DNA of 64,000 nt from Schmidtea polychroa (GCA_044892525.1 CM097885.1:9674001-9738000), one strand, 5' to 3'; shown: positions 52,101 to 61,315, counted from the stretch's first letter. Translations and numbers: made by a program. The notes: generated by a model from the letters alone, not told the origin.

Positions 52101-55100
52101 AAATTAAATATCGTTGAAAGCCAACCTATGAATCATTAATTTATGATCTTTAAATTCTTTATCACTTAGACCTTTTATATATTCAGGATCAGTATTAAAA
52201 TATTTAAGTTCTAAACATATAGGATTATAAACTTGAGAATATAAAGGTTTCTCGATTTCTCTCTCGGGATAAATAATTTCAAGATCAGTAATCTTTGTAT
52301 CATATAACTTATTCAACTTTTCTAGATTTTTTATTATAGGGATTAAATTATTTCCAATAGGTAGAGTTGTCTTTAAATCACTTAGTATGAATCTCTTATC
52401 ATCATATTTTGATAATGATACTTTTTGAGATTCTATCAAGTGAATATCATGGTTTTCACTTTTAAGTTGATGTATTTCATCAATTTTATCTTTATGATTT
52501 GGATTCAATGTATCTATATAATCTTGATGAGAAAGATTCTTTGCCACCACTCTCTGTATTCCTTTACATCTGTTATCCTTTAAATTAGTAATATTTTTTA
52601 TAATTTCAAAAATGTTATTTTCTTGATTTTTAGTTTCCATCATTTTATAGTGTTAAAATTCTAATTCTTAGACCAGTCGTAATTGATTTATAATTATTTC
52701 TGCAGTAATGCTTTTTAACATTAATTTATGTGATTTAAAGTCTTCTGGTGTTAGTCCTTGGATATATTCAGGATCAGTATTAAAATATTTAAGTTCTATA
52801 GGTTTTATATTTTGAACTTGATTATATAAAGGTTTAGGAATTAATATTTCAGGATATTGGATTTCTACTTTAGCAAGTTGAAGGTCTGTAATCTCTAGGT
52901 TATAAATTTCATTTATTTTATCAAGATTTTTTATTATAGGGATTAAATCATTTCCAATAGGTAATGTTGTCTTCAAGTCAGAAAGTATAAATCTTTTATC
53001 ATCATAATTTGTTATAGCAATCTTGTTACACTCTTCAAGATATATATTATGTTTCTCTGATTTAAGATGATGGGTTTTAGCAATTTTATTTTTATAATTT
53101 ATATTTAATGAATCTTTATACTCTTGATGTGTGAAGGTTTTTGACACTGATTTTTGAATTCCTTTACTTTTATTTTCTTTATAGCTTTTCGGGTTTTCAG
53201 GGAATGAAGGATATTCAAATGTGTGATCTATTTCAACAGATCCTTCTATTATAAATTTTATTGTATGCTCTTTCATAATTGGTTTGTCTTTCATTTCAAG
53301 AGAATATTGTTTAGGTCTAATAAACACTCCTCCACTTATTAGTGTATTTGGTTTTTCATCTTTAAAAGTAAATAATTCTCCAGAGTTGTTTATTAATTTA
53401 TTTAAGGTTTCGTTTTCACTTATTTCCTTTTTTAAATCTTTACTATGACCTTTTAAAAACATACTATCAGTGTCCATAGCATGCATGGATATTCGATCTC
53501 CAAAATGGGGTACTAGAACATCATAGTAGGTCTCATACATTTGAAGCTTTGAAAGTTCTAAAATTGAAAAACCTATAAAGATTGGTTTATTATAAGTTTT
53601 TATAGAGTTTTTAATCTCTATAGCTATAAGGTTACTAGAGAATATCTCGGCATTTTTAAATGTGGGCTTTCCAATTATCCGGTTGTACCTATTAAGGTCT
53701 TTTGATGTATTGGTCAAAAGCTCTACACGTGTGTACTTGTCTATATTCTCCATGGTCTTTCCAAAGACCGCATTGTTCAGGAGTTTGTAAATCATATCAA
53801 GAAATGCATTTCCAGCTCTCTTTGCTGCATTTCTTTTCAAAATATTTCCCTCTATGAATTTTTTCATAAAAGGGGCTTGTCGAAATTTAATAATGGAATG
53901 TACTTTTTTTAAAACCATTCCATGGGAGAGATAAAACTGAAGGAGTCTATAATGACAAAGGTAATCAGTTTTATCGGTCTGATCGCATAAAAGTTTTATA
54001 CAGGGCGATCTATCCTGAGCCATCTGCCAATCTGATAGTTCTTCAGGAGAGATCTTTCTTCTTACAGGAGCAAATGGAAAATATCTAGTTCTGGATTTTA
54101 TTTCATTGGGATATTCAAGATCGCATTCTATGACATATCCAAATTGAGAATCTTTTGGTGTTTTTAGAATTTCTTGTATTAATGCCTCAGTGGGTTCTTT
54201 CCAGGTGAACTTGCCAATTGGAAGGTATTGAGTCATTACTCCCGCATATAAAGCTGTTGCATCTATATACATTATTTCAGAAGGATTAGAAAGACCTTCC
54301 ATTATTTCCTTACGATCTTCTGGGTTTGTTATTTCTACATATAGAGCATTAGGATCTTTGAAAAATTTAGGATAAAGAGTTGTAAAATTATTAGCATTTA
54401 TTTCTCTATTCCCTTGTACTGAAGAAATACCTCCTCTAATATTATGTTTATATACATTAAACATATCAAGCTCAACTAATAATTCAATAGTTTTATTTCT
54501 TACTGCTACATCTTCATCAGTCCATATGGTATATAATAATATATCCCAAGCTAGAGAGGGAGCGGTTATATAATTATAAGGTTTTAATTCAAAAGCTTTT
54601 GAAAATGTCTCGAAGCAATCAGCTAAGATATAAACATCCAAGGAAAGATACATGTCAGTATATTCTCCAAGGTTTCTACAGTTGAATAGATTCCACATTT
54701 TAACTGCACGGGAATATTCCTGATCAGAAATCCCTGATTGTGTTAAAACAGAAAAGAAATCTTCTTGGGGTGGGAGTAATTCATTATATTTTTCAAAGGA
54801 GTCTATATAATCATATGGATAGATTCCTTTTGCTAGACAGGTATTATATTCCTCTAATGGAATATTGTTTTTTAATAACACATGTTCTTTTGTATATTTA
54901 AAATCCTCAGGGTTCATAGTTTTAGCAATCCCATCCAAAGACATCCCTAAGAAATTTAACGAGTCCAAAAACTTAAAGCATCCATATTGAATGCTTTTAT
55001 ATTTTTCTTTTGTAAGTCCAATAACCTTGAAAGAGTTTTTAGCATTTGCGGCCAGATGCTTAATGAATAGGTGAATATCATAGCCAAAAAGATTGTGAAA

Positions 55101-58100
55101 TATAAATGGTATGTGTGTTGGTTTTTTACAATTGAGATTACATTTTTTATGGGCTGCTCCTCTGTAATTATTTTCTCTTTTAAAATGATCATGGTCTGCA
55201 ACCTTTGGCTCCTCATCCTCCTCCTCCTGAATATCAAACTCTTGTTTACACATCCAGCAGTGTGTTGCATTTTTATATTCTTCCTCTTGTTCTTCTGAAA
55301 AATTCATAGGAAAGTTGGATTTTAATATTATATATAATTCATGTTCTAGATTATTTAAAGTTTTAACAAAATGATCTAGAGTCTCTTTGTCAGAAGTTCC
55401 TCTAAATGAATATTCTCTAGATTCTACAAGTTCTGGATAATTACTTTTAAAAAACATTTTATAAGCAGAGGGTAATTGTTTTGTTAGTTTTACAGTATTA
55501 GTTTTTGTTCGTCTTAGTTTTACATTTATAGCTTCAAAATCACAATAAACCACTCCCAATGCTTCTAATAGATTGGAATAGTTTTTAAACCTCATATTAG
55601 CATTTTTCTTGTGTGGCATTTTTATTAAAGCAGGTTGATTCTTACAACAGAGTCTCTCATGTTTAATAGCAGCAAGTTTTGAACTTGAATGATATAAACA
55701 TCTTTAACAACATATGCCTCCACGAATGAGTGTGTTTCCTTTCATAAAACTTTGAAAATTCTTTATTAAGATATAATGAAGTTTTTTATCTAACATACTG
55801 CTTTCTGCTTCTGGTTCTAATGAAATGCCTTCTTCTGCTTCTCTCCTCGGGTGAACGCTTTGAACCTCTTCACCATATTCTTCTCCATCAAAGTCTTCAT
55901 CTGGTTTACCTTCTTCTAATATTAAAAGATCTACTTCTCTCTTTTCATCTGAGATTTCCATGTTAGAAATGTAAATAGGAATAATGTGTTTATAATTTTT
56001 ATTTTTTCTAGTTTTTGTAATTTTGGTTGGAATGAATTGATAAATATTAATTTTAAGATTATTTAATTTTTCAAATGCTGGAACATCTTCAATTTTCATT
56101 GGGTGGGAAAAATCTTTTGGATAAATTAATTCAGATTCATATTCTTCATATTTTTGAACTCTCTGTGGGTTAGTTGCTTGAGGATGTAAGTGTGCAAGTA
56201 TTGACCATTGAAAACATTTATTATCTTTATTCTGTACATTTATAACATGGTTGGAGGTGAATGGTGTGTGAATAAAAGATTTAGGATTTGGTGGTGCGCC
56301 TCTCCAGTATTCAATCTCTATATTTTGAAAAGAGTGGAATCTTAAATTAGATTCTCCTAGTTCTTGTTCCACCTGTTCTTGTTTTTCTTCCAATTCTTTA
56401 GCTATATCATTAACAAGTTTATTTCCTGCTTTTGTAGAAAATAAATATTTATATGAGGTTTCAATTTTTACATCTAGAGGCATTGCGATCGAATCATCTC
56501 CTCTCCAGTATTTTGCATTTCCTGTAAATTTAACTTTTATAACATTAAATCTTGATCTACCAAATTTTTTTATAGCATCATCCATTGATGATATTATTTT
56601 TTTTTTATTTTCTCTTATATATTGCATGATTGATCTGGGTCCTCGTTTTACTTCTGCAATTACATCGGTGTGATTGAAGTCATCCCAATTAAACTCTAGT
56701 TTTTCAGCTTTTTCAGTCATTGAGTTTGAATCAGAATCTTTTGCTTCAAGACCACAATCTTCTATGTGTCTTAAGTAAAAAGATTTTATCCTCATCGTTT
56801 TTCCACATGCTGAACATTCGAATATTTCTCTGTTTTTAGGAACTCCAATACAATTTTTAAAATGCTTCTTATAACCTGAAAATAAATATCTATCCTTACA
56901 TTTAGTACAGATTTTGGAATTAGTGTCATCTAGTGTGTTAGCTTTTATTAAATGGTCTTTTGATTTTTTATGAGATGTTAAAGCAGTTTTATTTTTAAAA
57001 TTTTTTTCACAAATTTCACAATTGAAAATAGCTTCCATTTTTAAAAGAATCTTTTGGTTGGATACGATGTTTTGGTTTTGATATTAATTTTTATTTTTTT
57101 TAAATCTAAAAGTGATCAGGCGACCTAGATCATTATGAATTAGGTAATCTGATATTCTTATAACATTAAATGCTTATAACATTAAATCCTTAAGACCAAG
57201 TAGTGAGGAATCTATGCACCCCGTTACCTTTTCTCGGAATTACTAATCTATAAATACATCTATTCCGAACTTTTTTACTTTTAAGGGAAGAAATTAAGGG
57301 TTAATGGCAATAGGGGACAAAGTTTAAAAGTTAAAAAAAGTGAAGAATATGGGGTAAAAAAGCATATAAATGTGGAAAATATGGGTTAATAGCGCTGTTT
57401 TTTTTTAGGGTGGGGGTGCTGGGGTGCATAGATTCCTCACTACTTAAAAATTATGCCCTCAAATCGTCTGGTCCACTGTCAAATCAGTTATCTCGCAAGG
57501 GGATAGTGGATTACAAAAAATTTGAAAATGTCATTTTTATTATAGTCATATTTTGTATTGAAAATCCCAGGTTCAATCGAGACCCCTCTTTATAGTCAGA
57601 AATCATTGGCTTTTTTAGCGAGAGTCTAATTTTGTATTGAAAATCCCAGACAAATAAACGTAGGTCTTTGCAGCAATTACGTAGCCGTTAAGCAAAAAAA
57701 ATGGTGCAGCAATGTCCTTTCTATCGAGGGAGGGTAAACCGGATGGTCGTGCTGCCATGGGCTACTAACTATCTACTTTCCAAAGCTACCTGCATACACA
57801 TAAATAGAAATAAATTAGTTTTTATTCTGACAACTATTGTTACAAATTCTGTAAAAATCAAATGGATTGATAGATCGCGCTATTACGGTCTGTATTTGCA
57901 CTGAAAATTAAGACCAAAGAAGTTTTTCTCCTTTAAGTCAACACCAGTTTTCTGTCCTAGTTGAACTTCCATTGGGACATCTATGTTACCATTTGACTTC
58001 CTATTTCACAATATTGATTTCACAATATCCTGTACAAACTTTTATACGATCAAATTTCCACTTTAAAAGAAACCTACTTAAAATGATTATGGGAGTAGTT

Positions 58101-58616
58101 CAATTTGATCTGCCGATAGAAAAAGTCATGTCGCCAAATCGAGCCAATAATTGCACTTGCTAGCCATTTTCTATATACTATTAATCTCCAATCCTGAATT
58201 TATTTTTTATTAAGAAAGTACTTTTTTAAAATTAGTTTATTCAGAGCCATAAAGAATGAGGAAAATCTTTTTTTTGTATTTTTAAGACTTTTTTCAATGT
58301 ACAAGAGAACTCAATACAATTAAACTTAAAATTAATGAAAACGTTCAAAACATAGACAAAAATATTGTACATTGTAATGTACACAGGGTGTGAGGAGGCT
58401 AAATAGGTCTCTATTATTTACCTCTATTATCTCTACTTTTTAAACTATTGAATGTAAAAACTAAATATATTTTACTGTCATTTAAATATTTACAAATCTA
58501 GACAGCCAAAAGAATTTAAACCTCATCAAATCATTTATGAATTTGATTTTTGGATTTTATGGCTAATAATGTTAGCAACAAGTGCGGTAGACAATATTAT
58601 AACAGCTTTATATAAT
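36200..58616 (+). CDS. Host MFS transporter paralog 2, exons 36200-36281, 36336-36528, 36577-36703, 39028-39134, 40206-40299, 41900-41961, 58502-58616 (gene continues; small exons may be missed)
   Basis: Phase-compatible GT-AG exons encode MSITQWKCIILFGAFVAQLGIGGFYTTG, LGGFLDNKIG (motif A-like), YGFLGGVGVGIAY, ERKGLIFGVTLSGY and PHQIIYEFDFWILW (paralogous to the exon at 20151). Confidence 0.8.
40089..40187. repeat. (ATT)n microsatellite just upstream of an exon
   Basis: Direct reading. Confidence 0.95.
41094..41433. mobile_element. hAT (Charlie/Buster-like) MITE
   Basis: CAGTGGTTCTCAA / TTGAGAACCACTG; 8-bp flanks TTGTAAAC / TTGAAGAC. Confidence 0.75.
41993..42201. mobile_element. pogo-like MITE
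   Basis: TA|CCGTAGAGTGCCGA ... TCGGACCTCTACGG; internal AATAGTGTACC repeats in both orientations. Confidence 0.65.
42508..42840 (+). repeat. Left TIR (333 bp)
   Basis: Reverse complement of 57112-57444; only about two mismatches seen. Confidence 0.95.
43424..43505 (-). ncRNA. tRNA-like Pol III mini-gene 1
   Basis: Minus strand: A-box TGGCGCAGTGG (43498-43488), B-box GGTTCAAATCC (43455-43445), T8 terminator (43431-43424). Confidence 0.7.
43662..43742 (-). ncRNA. tRNA-like Pol III mini-gene 2 (tRNA-Cys-derived 5' half)
   Basis: GTATAGCTTAGTGGTAATAGCACTCGACTGCA resembles animal tRNA-Cys GTATAGCTCAGTGGTAGAGCATTTGACTGCA. Perfect T-arm ATGGG-TTCAAAT-CCCAT; T8 terminator. Confidence 0.75.
43896..43977 (-). 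ncRNA. tRNA-like Pol III mini-gene 3 (degenerate B-box)
   Basis: A-box TAGCGGAGTGG (43970-43960), GGGTTCAATTTT, and a 3' end TTTTGGTCA resembling copy 2, followed by a T7 run. Confidence 0.6.
44034..45326 (+). pseudogene. Polinton major capsid protein (double jelly-roll), ~430 codons, with in-frame TAG at 44565-44567
   Basis: The two track ORFs are in one frame. ELKH*FGFLQNYNRIL matches the recalled MCP motif PLxHLFGFxxDYxK. Also NNFFPNLFS, RPRYILIGF, LNSSYYP and IFCINVS. Confidence 0.85.
45356..46765 (+). CDS. Retroviral-like (rve) integrase with N-terminal C2H2 finger and PLA2-like domain
   Basis: DDE core WSADLV / WCDKGTEF / VVERLNRTLK and C-terminal FKIGDRVRI..FEKG..WT.E. N-terminus has CESC..H..H, YTGPG and HDIAY. 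Confidence 0.93.
   Translation: MSLNKYWRCESCNCQVTRHHKASHLKTKKHTGGDLIPRAGGDLQSSKTTSSILKPFTTEKYPGERHLFKHNYTGPGTRLDIRLDENNNPKQGEEPINRIDQAALKHDIAYNSTNLRDRHVADVNLIHDLNSIQNPSTQEKIQRALVKLAMKGKIFIGLGHSPITMGARLPRKAKDVAYKKIIEQAEIERSLESTAKTSLQTPTESEIKYAKELHHEFRKNKKYLKVQVHEKDQTWSADLVFMPKSSDPEKYKIILTVIDLYTRFAFARCLENKTGYSITEAFENIFEENQRIPKYLWCDKGTEFYNKVFTKFLNENDIKLYSTENEGKAVVVERLNRTLKNKMWKYFTAIGKQKWNNELLQKIVNEYNNDVHSSIKSTPLNASMNPETIKVVNIVDTTPIKPKFKIGDRVRIFKYKNKFEKGFTAKWTNEIFIINKIHYTTPITYSIIDLNNEKILGRFYNNELQKTDF
46777..47583 (-). CDS. A32/FtsK-like genome-packaging ATPase
   Basis: Walker A GSSGCGKN, Walker B LVIFDD, RGRH and ISQ motifs. Start placed at ATG 47583 (AAAATG context) rather than the track's upstream non-ATG start. 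Confidence 0.93.
   Translation of the reverse strand: MDVRSPIIWKPILNRHKSKFNNKVFPDNFRLLIVGSSGCGKNVLVLRMLLEDDFLDYNNLIFYSTTINQPELQLLKCGFENKLTKKAIIDIFKNQHRCPEEVFQPCDMVDWYKEKILESDISNKNDYICEEGQEAIQVLFSNKPEDVLHCDLLPKDKKNLVIFDDVVNMKNQEIQKSYFTRGRHNNCNVIYISQTYYALDKNSIRNNSNCFIFFKLDRRDKNMIYNDLFSNVEPDKNMFDMFVDNHWREKYNYIYLDREEAEIWKSLF
47599..48207 (+). CDS. Polinton virion core/membrane-active protein with repeated GKGLYL motifs
   Basis: EGGILPLAALIPAIIAGLSGAAGIAGGIAT hydrophobic helix after a GG site; three GKGLYLxP repeats. Confidence 0.75.
   Translation: MTSKSSSTEESLQELINSNKSKSVVIDGKKYFIGKHVKEQVRAKLHEAKEGGILPLAALIPAIIAGLSGAAGIAGGIATTVQKAKESQKTDLEKEKLQTEIDSMKKVGQAKGGVSVGKGLYLNPYEGSRQKSQGKGLYLDPYKGRGLNDFLKNQISTSESLSSKDKEDLKKICKSLKNGCLCKTKNGKGLYLKPFPTDPLPK
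48230..49099 (+). CDS. Conserved Polinton protein of unknown function (putative core protein)
   Basis: C-terminal GEGL...NPINLFIELRKLLAARKAGHN...LLKQGII resembles a recurrent Maverick C-terminal motif; basic NLS-like RKRRR. Confidence 0.7.
   Translation: MVYEERLALLKKLQSEQDKYNKKDTSQHAESIILNEVITQQQGPTIKAIKGLNEQAKFKELEDGGSPHEQKIKKLEWKKESSESHPERNQRKRRRISNAEEEEEMFLKTKPLKVDPKIRDDLPPSIRPTFNTNTEGYQIITINKQNFTLYSNSENKSRIHSQNVYNNEYLDFEFTDDFYRLLCGYSSDDVDEIKKYLNLIRLIRASSKAKYIQDLKNYLDKNEKGYVVTEGEGLISEGNPINLFIELRKLLAARKAGHNNLDSDILKISKDLLKQGIISKDKFNKYTKF
49108..49575 (+). CDS. Adenain-like cysteine protease
   Basis: GSHWVC (His), YFDSFG (Asp), Q and ICG (Cys) in clan-CE order. Confidence 0.92.
   Translation: MTPSILDFLKTFGINAKTNFDLKDYANYLNLKIKILMNDELSSLESPLNIIINYQNSNEKGSHWVCIYKNLTSKKSIYFDSFGIKPTKEVEDYLLRGSPIDSPNGYTFNSLQVQPLNTKICGILSLYVLYRLNMGHTQDFESIIQEIYNDLESLL
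49624..50388 (+). CDS. Minor capsid protein (penton, single jelly-roll)
   Basis: YNTIFNI..NN, IEPGAYEI, LGF, INIHCDCITGSY.NG, ILNQEGELIDFNGE. Confidence 0.85.
   Translation: MELHNPPEDNLKKMVNIMSDKYSRTLSINSKESEFTINFQDSIKLDQNLNYELGLLWFCAYNTIFNITKDNNKFTIQTRDGHKPEIITIEPGAYEIKDLNDILSKKTNEGIKIKMDIPTSKCVMTLKNIKISFLDNCFFHTVLGFKPMDITIKDDKIITSEHIIKIINTNTINIHCDCITGSYNNGKQTNVLYSFPSNTVPMGYKIVERMNPPNYLPLCRKYIMDINFKILNQEGELIDFNGEEISMYLHLKQV
50413..51423 (+). CDS. Putative fibre/spike protein
   Basis: GDSMKGDLILNGHKIKELSFPTDEADAVNKKYVD (trimeric fibre/neck-like motif), then a long heptad coiled coil and a globular C-terminal domain; follows the penton gene. Confidence 0.6.
   Translation: MSSYIPCNRGGGTIKTGFNTEEILTLTENKYINERGDSMKGDLILNGHKIKELSFPTDEADAVNKKYVDGVKKYTDLTTTRIESSLTTKIDSMESKLNNIEQRFNDKFDKLQSLLTEQVVKLNTSILNSKDKQIMNTKFNAIYNIINEMITSFNKRISNLESHGTHINTTHSIRKRAAELEQNKTLLPHTYKHFIEPSLITTNRKEWGVFMVVKIIDPYFFLFDDDNERMKWFVKCDYNSKLEKGDVIMTSYDLPHGDWYVNTHSHGLHKVKSKNIHFSSSLVQYIDLIFYEKKVDVDEVRKALRELYKDILSTRVSFDIRVLVPDGAQKNKVLFF
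51432..52025 (+). CDS. Two-TM membrane protein with flanking coiled coils
   Basis: Hydrophobic segments VIGYSLGFASAILTVILPI and LPVVTLAPVILGSISVA; N-terminal IYPEL and ASAP. Confidence 0.7.
   Translation: MEEVREEKIYPELRSSGYYSSKASAPTELEIMRVKEFKSERLHLQDLLQHYKKIKSRWNKGNTVLKVIGYSLGFASAILTVILPITLPVVTLAPVILGSISVADGFLTEIVSLSYTSKKKSLYREVCLSIELGISKLFLFQLKALEDGILTDEEIMKSNQIIQDIKNEIIKLKSANIITNEYSKKIKRDKWLKNSYL
52104..52643 (-). CDS. Stand-alone paralog of the pPolB C-terminal region
   Basis: Shares KGIQ, HxLKSExH, YDDKRFILSDLKTTLPIGN.LIPIIKNL and ELKYFNTDPEYI.GL with the C-terminus of the adjacent PolB. Confidence 0.85.
   Translation of the reverse strand: MMETKNQENNIFEIIKNITNLKDNRCKGIQRVVAKNLSHQDYIDTLNPNHKDKIDEIHQLKSENHDIHLIESQKVSLSKYDDKRFILSDLKTTLPIGNNLIPIIKNLEKLNKLYDTKITDLEIIYPEREIEKPLYSQVYNPICLELKYFNTDPEYIKGLSDKEFKDHKLMIHRLAFNDI
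52668..57038 (-). pseudogene. polB: Protein-primed DNA polymerase B (~1456 codons) with N-terminal Zn fingers; single in-frame TAA at 55706-55704
   Basis: The two track ORFs are in one frame, joined by ICC*RCLYHSSSKLAAIKHERLC. Motifs YCDFEA, DHDH..RGAAH..CN, FHNLFGYD, KGIYPY, IRGG, YIDATALY, KLLNNAVFGKT, MDTDS, RPKQY, DDKR. Confidence 0.95.
57112..57444 (-). repeat. Right TIR (333 bp)
   Basis: Reverse complement of the left TIR. Confidence 0.95.
57540..57777. repeat. Third, diverged end of the giant-palindrome family
   Basis: GTATTGAAAATCCCAGG..TCGAGACCCCT, AAGCAAAAAAAATG and CCATGGGCTACTAACTATCTACT parallel 14500-14708. Confidence 0.6.
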
Positions 58617-59499
58617 GTAAGATTTTTTTTTACTATATAATTTATATTCCGTTAGAGTTTAAAATCATTTTACTTTAAAATTTTAACTTTAAGTGAATAT
58701 TATTGAACACTATGACAAATTGTAATACTCATCATTTACTGGGATCAGTGGCAGATTATGTTGCTTAAGGCCAGTGCCGGCTTAAGGTCGCTTAATGTCC
58801 TTGGCTTAGAAGTAATGGAGCGCCCTTTTTATATTGTTTATCTTCAGGAGATGGAAGTTTCATCGTTGGATCACTCCCTCCTGGAAAATATCTAGGTCGA
58901 CTCAAGATTTTATGTAGGTTACTAATATATATGGTGTTTATATACAAAAAATGCTTAGTTTCCATGGAAATGAGCTCCAAAGTCTCTAAATTAAAATTTA
59001 GGTCACACCATAATATAACATTGTTTATATATTATGAAACTAAGACAAACTTATATTATAGAATTAAAATCGTATGCTTTAACACATGACGAGAGAGTGA
59101 ATAACATCATCATCAAATGCCATAATATAACAACTTTCTTATATTATCAAAAATAGATAAATTTATATTCGTATTCTATAAAAGATGGAGAGATTATGAA
59201 CAAAAGCATTAAAAATAGAGTTAATTAACGAAAAATATTTATTTAATATAAAAATACTTCGAAAATATTTGAAAAATATGTTGGTAAAAAAAATACTTGG
59301 AATTCTTTTTTTATTTGATTTACCATATAGGCTCTTATTAAATAATTTATACAAATCTCTGTACAGCTCACATGACGAATTTGAGTGCAAATGTGTATTT
59401 TTATGATGTATGATTTAAATATAGGTGCATGCTTGAATTTAATTGGTCTATGTATTATTAGTTTCAATTACATTCAGTTTAAGAAACCTCCAAAGAAGA

Positions 59500-60360
59500 C
59501 CATGGTTCTTCTTGGGCTAATGCGTGAGCATCAGCTTATCAATTTCGAACCAGGTGGGCACATTTTCTCTGGAGCAAGAAGAAAGTCGTTCAAAGAATCA
59601 TGCATACAAACCTGAATAATGTAACCATATAGATAGATTTCAATATTCGCATTCACACATTCGCTCAGCACATCATTCAGATTTGCATGCACCCAAACAA
59701 AGTCACCATACGGAAGATTTTGTCTAATAGCCCAACTATATAAATTATTTATATCTATATACATGAGTTATGTATCTTCAGAACTTGTGACGTAATGTTT
59801 GTTAACAAATGTTAACCCACCCCGTATTCCTTCCTCGTAGAAATTAAACATTTCCATGTCCTACAAAGATTTTATAAGTTTCATTTATGTCATAAGCACA
59901 TAGGCCCATGACAGGTCGGGAATGCCATAGTAATTAAATGGGTCAAGATCATTATATCAAATGGTCTTTGCATTGATATATTGAAAATAATCCACAAGGA
60001 AGAAAACGTCAAATATTAAGTAGATTACCATGTTATCTCTCAATATTCTCGCAATTTTGCTGAATTTAAATTTGTTGGGAAGTAGCATATTCATCATCAG
60101 ATACAGAATTCCAGATAGGAGCCAATTCAAAAGACGATTCAATACCTCAAACGATGTAGCAAAGTCATTTTTGCTCTAACAATTGTGCCATCAAAAACAG
60201 AAATAGGAAAGAGTCTTAAAGCTTTTGGAAGAGATGTATTGAAAAACTGCATGCTGTCGATAAAACGAACAGGCAATTTATCAATTTACGCGATGAGGGA
60301 GATAAAGTTTTCAGAAGTAGTCGGAGTAATATTTAATTATTCGTCATTTTTAGTGAAATA
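59500..60360 (-). pseudogene. Degraded third pPolB fragment
   Basis: Minus-strand pieces FIDSMQF, GIPDLSWA, EEGIRGGLTFVNKH, MYIDINNLYSWAIRQNLPYGDF and LAPEKMCPPGSK; many stops and frameshifts. Confidence 0.85.
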
Positions 60361-60789
60361 TTTGGAAATATGAAATTTATAAGTACAAAAAACAAAATTC
60401 TGAGCGAAGCCGAATTATAAATCTAATTATAATAATTAATAAATATAATTAGATATTTATCCAATCATGTTTATCTGAGATTAATTAATGAAATTTAATA
60501 AATTAATAAAAGATAATTATATAATTTAATTTTTAAAAATTTTAATTAACTATTATTTTAGTTAAATTAAAAAATATTTAATGACACATTTTAATTTAAT
60601 TTAACAAAATTTGAATTCAAGATTTAGTTAGTGTTAATATTTCGACACTTTTTATTAATAATTTCAGGTCTTAGACAACTGGAGACACGATTTGGGAAAT
60701 GGAACGATTCATATGTTATTCGATATGAACCGTAACGTATACAGAAAAATTTACTAGCTTTTCCCCGAGTCGGCCACTTACTAAGAAAT

Positions 60790-61240
60790 GCCCTTGCTAG
60801 TAAATCCCCTTGTTATAAATTCCCCTGCTAGGAAAAAAAATTTCATAATTTATCCTATTATAATAAATATTTCATTATACAAAAAGTATAATTTAAATTT
60901 ACAAAAAAAATAATTTAAATAGAAAAAATTATAAATTAAATAAATTCCAAGTCTCTTATAATTGCAGTTACTTTGCAGTCATCCTTAGCTCATCTAAAAT
61001 AGTTAACTCCGTTTCTTGAAGAAAGGAATGCATATTCCGCGCTCTGATACTAACCACGATATTCTCATTGAGCATAGAAAATAAAATTTGATAAATAAAA
61101 CGATTTTTTATTTAAAAACTTTTAAATCAAGAAATAAATATAAATCGTTTATTTTATGCTATTTTTAGTGATTAATTTAAAATTTATTTAAAATTATAGA
61201 AAGAAAATTTTTTTCCTAGCAAGGGGATTTCCTAAAAAGG
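60790..61240. mobile_element. MITE-like element with inverted subterminal repeats
   Basis: CCCTTGCTAG / CCCCTGCTAGGAAAAAAA at left and TTTTTCCTAGCAAGGGGATTT at right; exact ends unclear. Confidence 0.5.
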
Positions 61241-61315
61241 GACCTGAATCGCATTTCCCAATATTATCATTGTGCGTCTCGTTTATTAATTATTATTCAA
61301 CAAGCTATCGCAGCA

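Larger units (their letters stand above)
42508..57444. mobile_element. Full-length Polinton/Maverick (adintovirus-like endogenous virus), 14,937 bp
   Basis: Termini AGTAGTGAGG...CCTCACTACT; perfect 6-bp TSD TAAAAA (42502-42507 and 57445-57450); full set of core genes. Confidence 0.98.
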
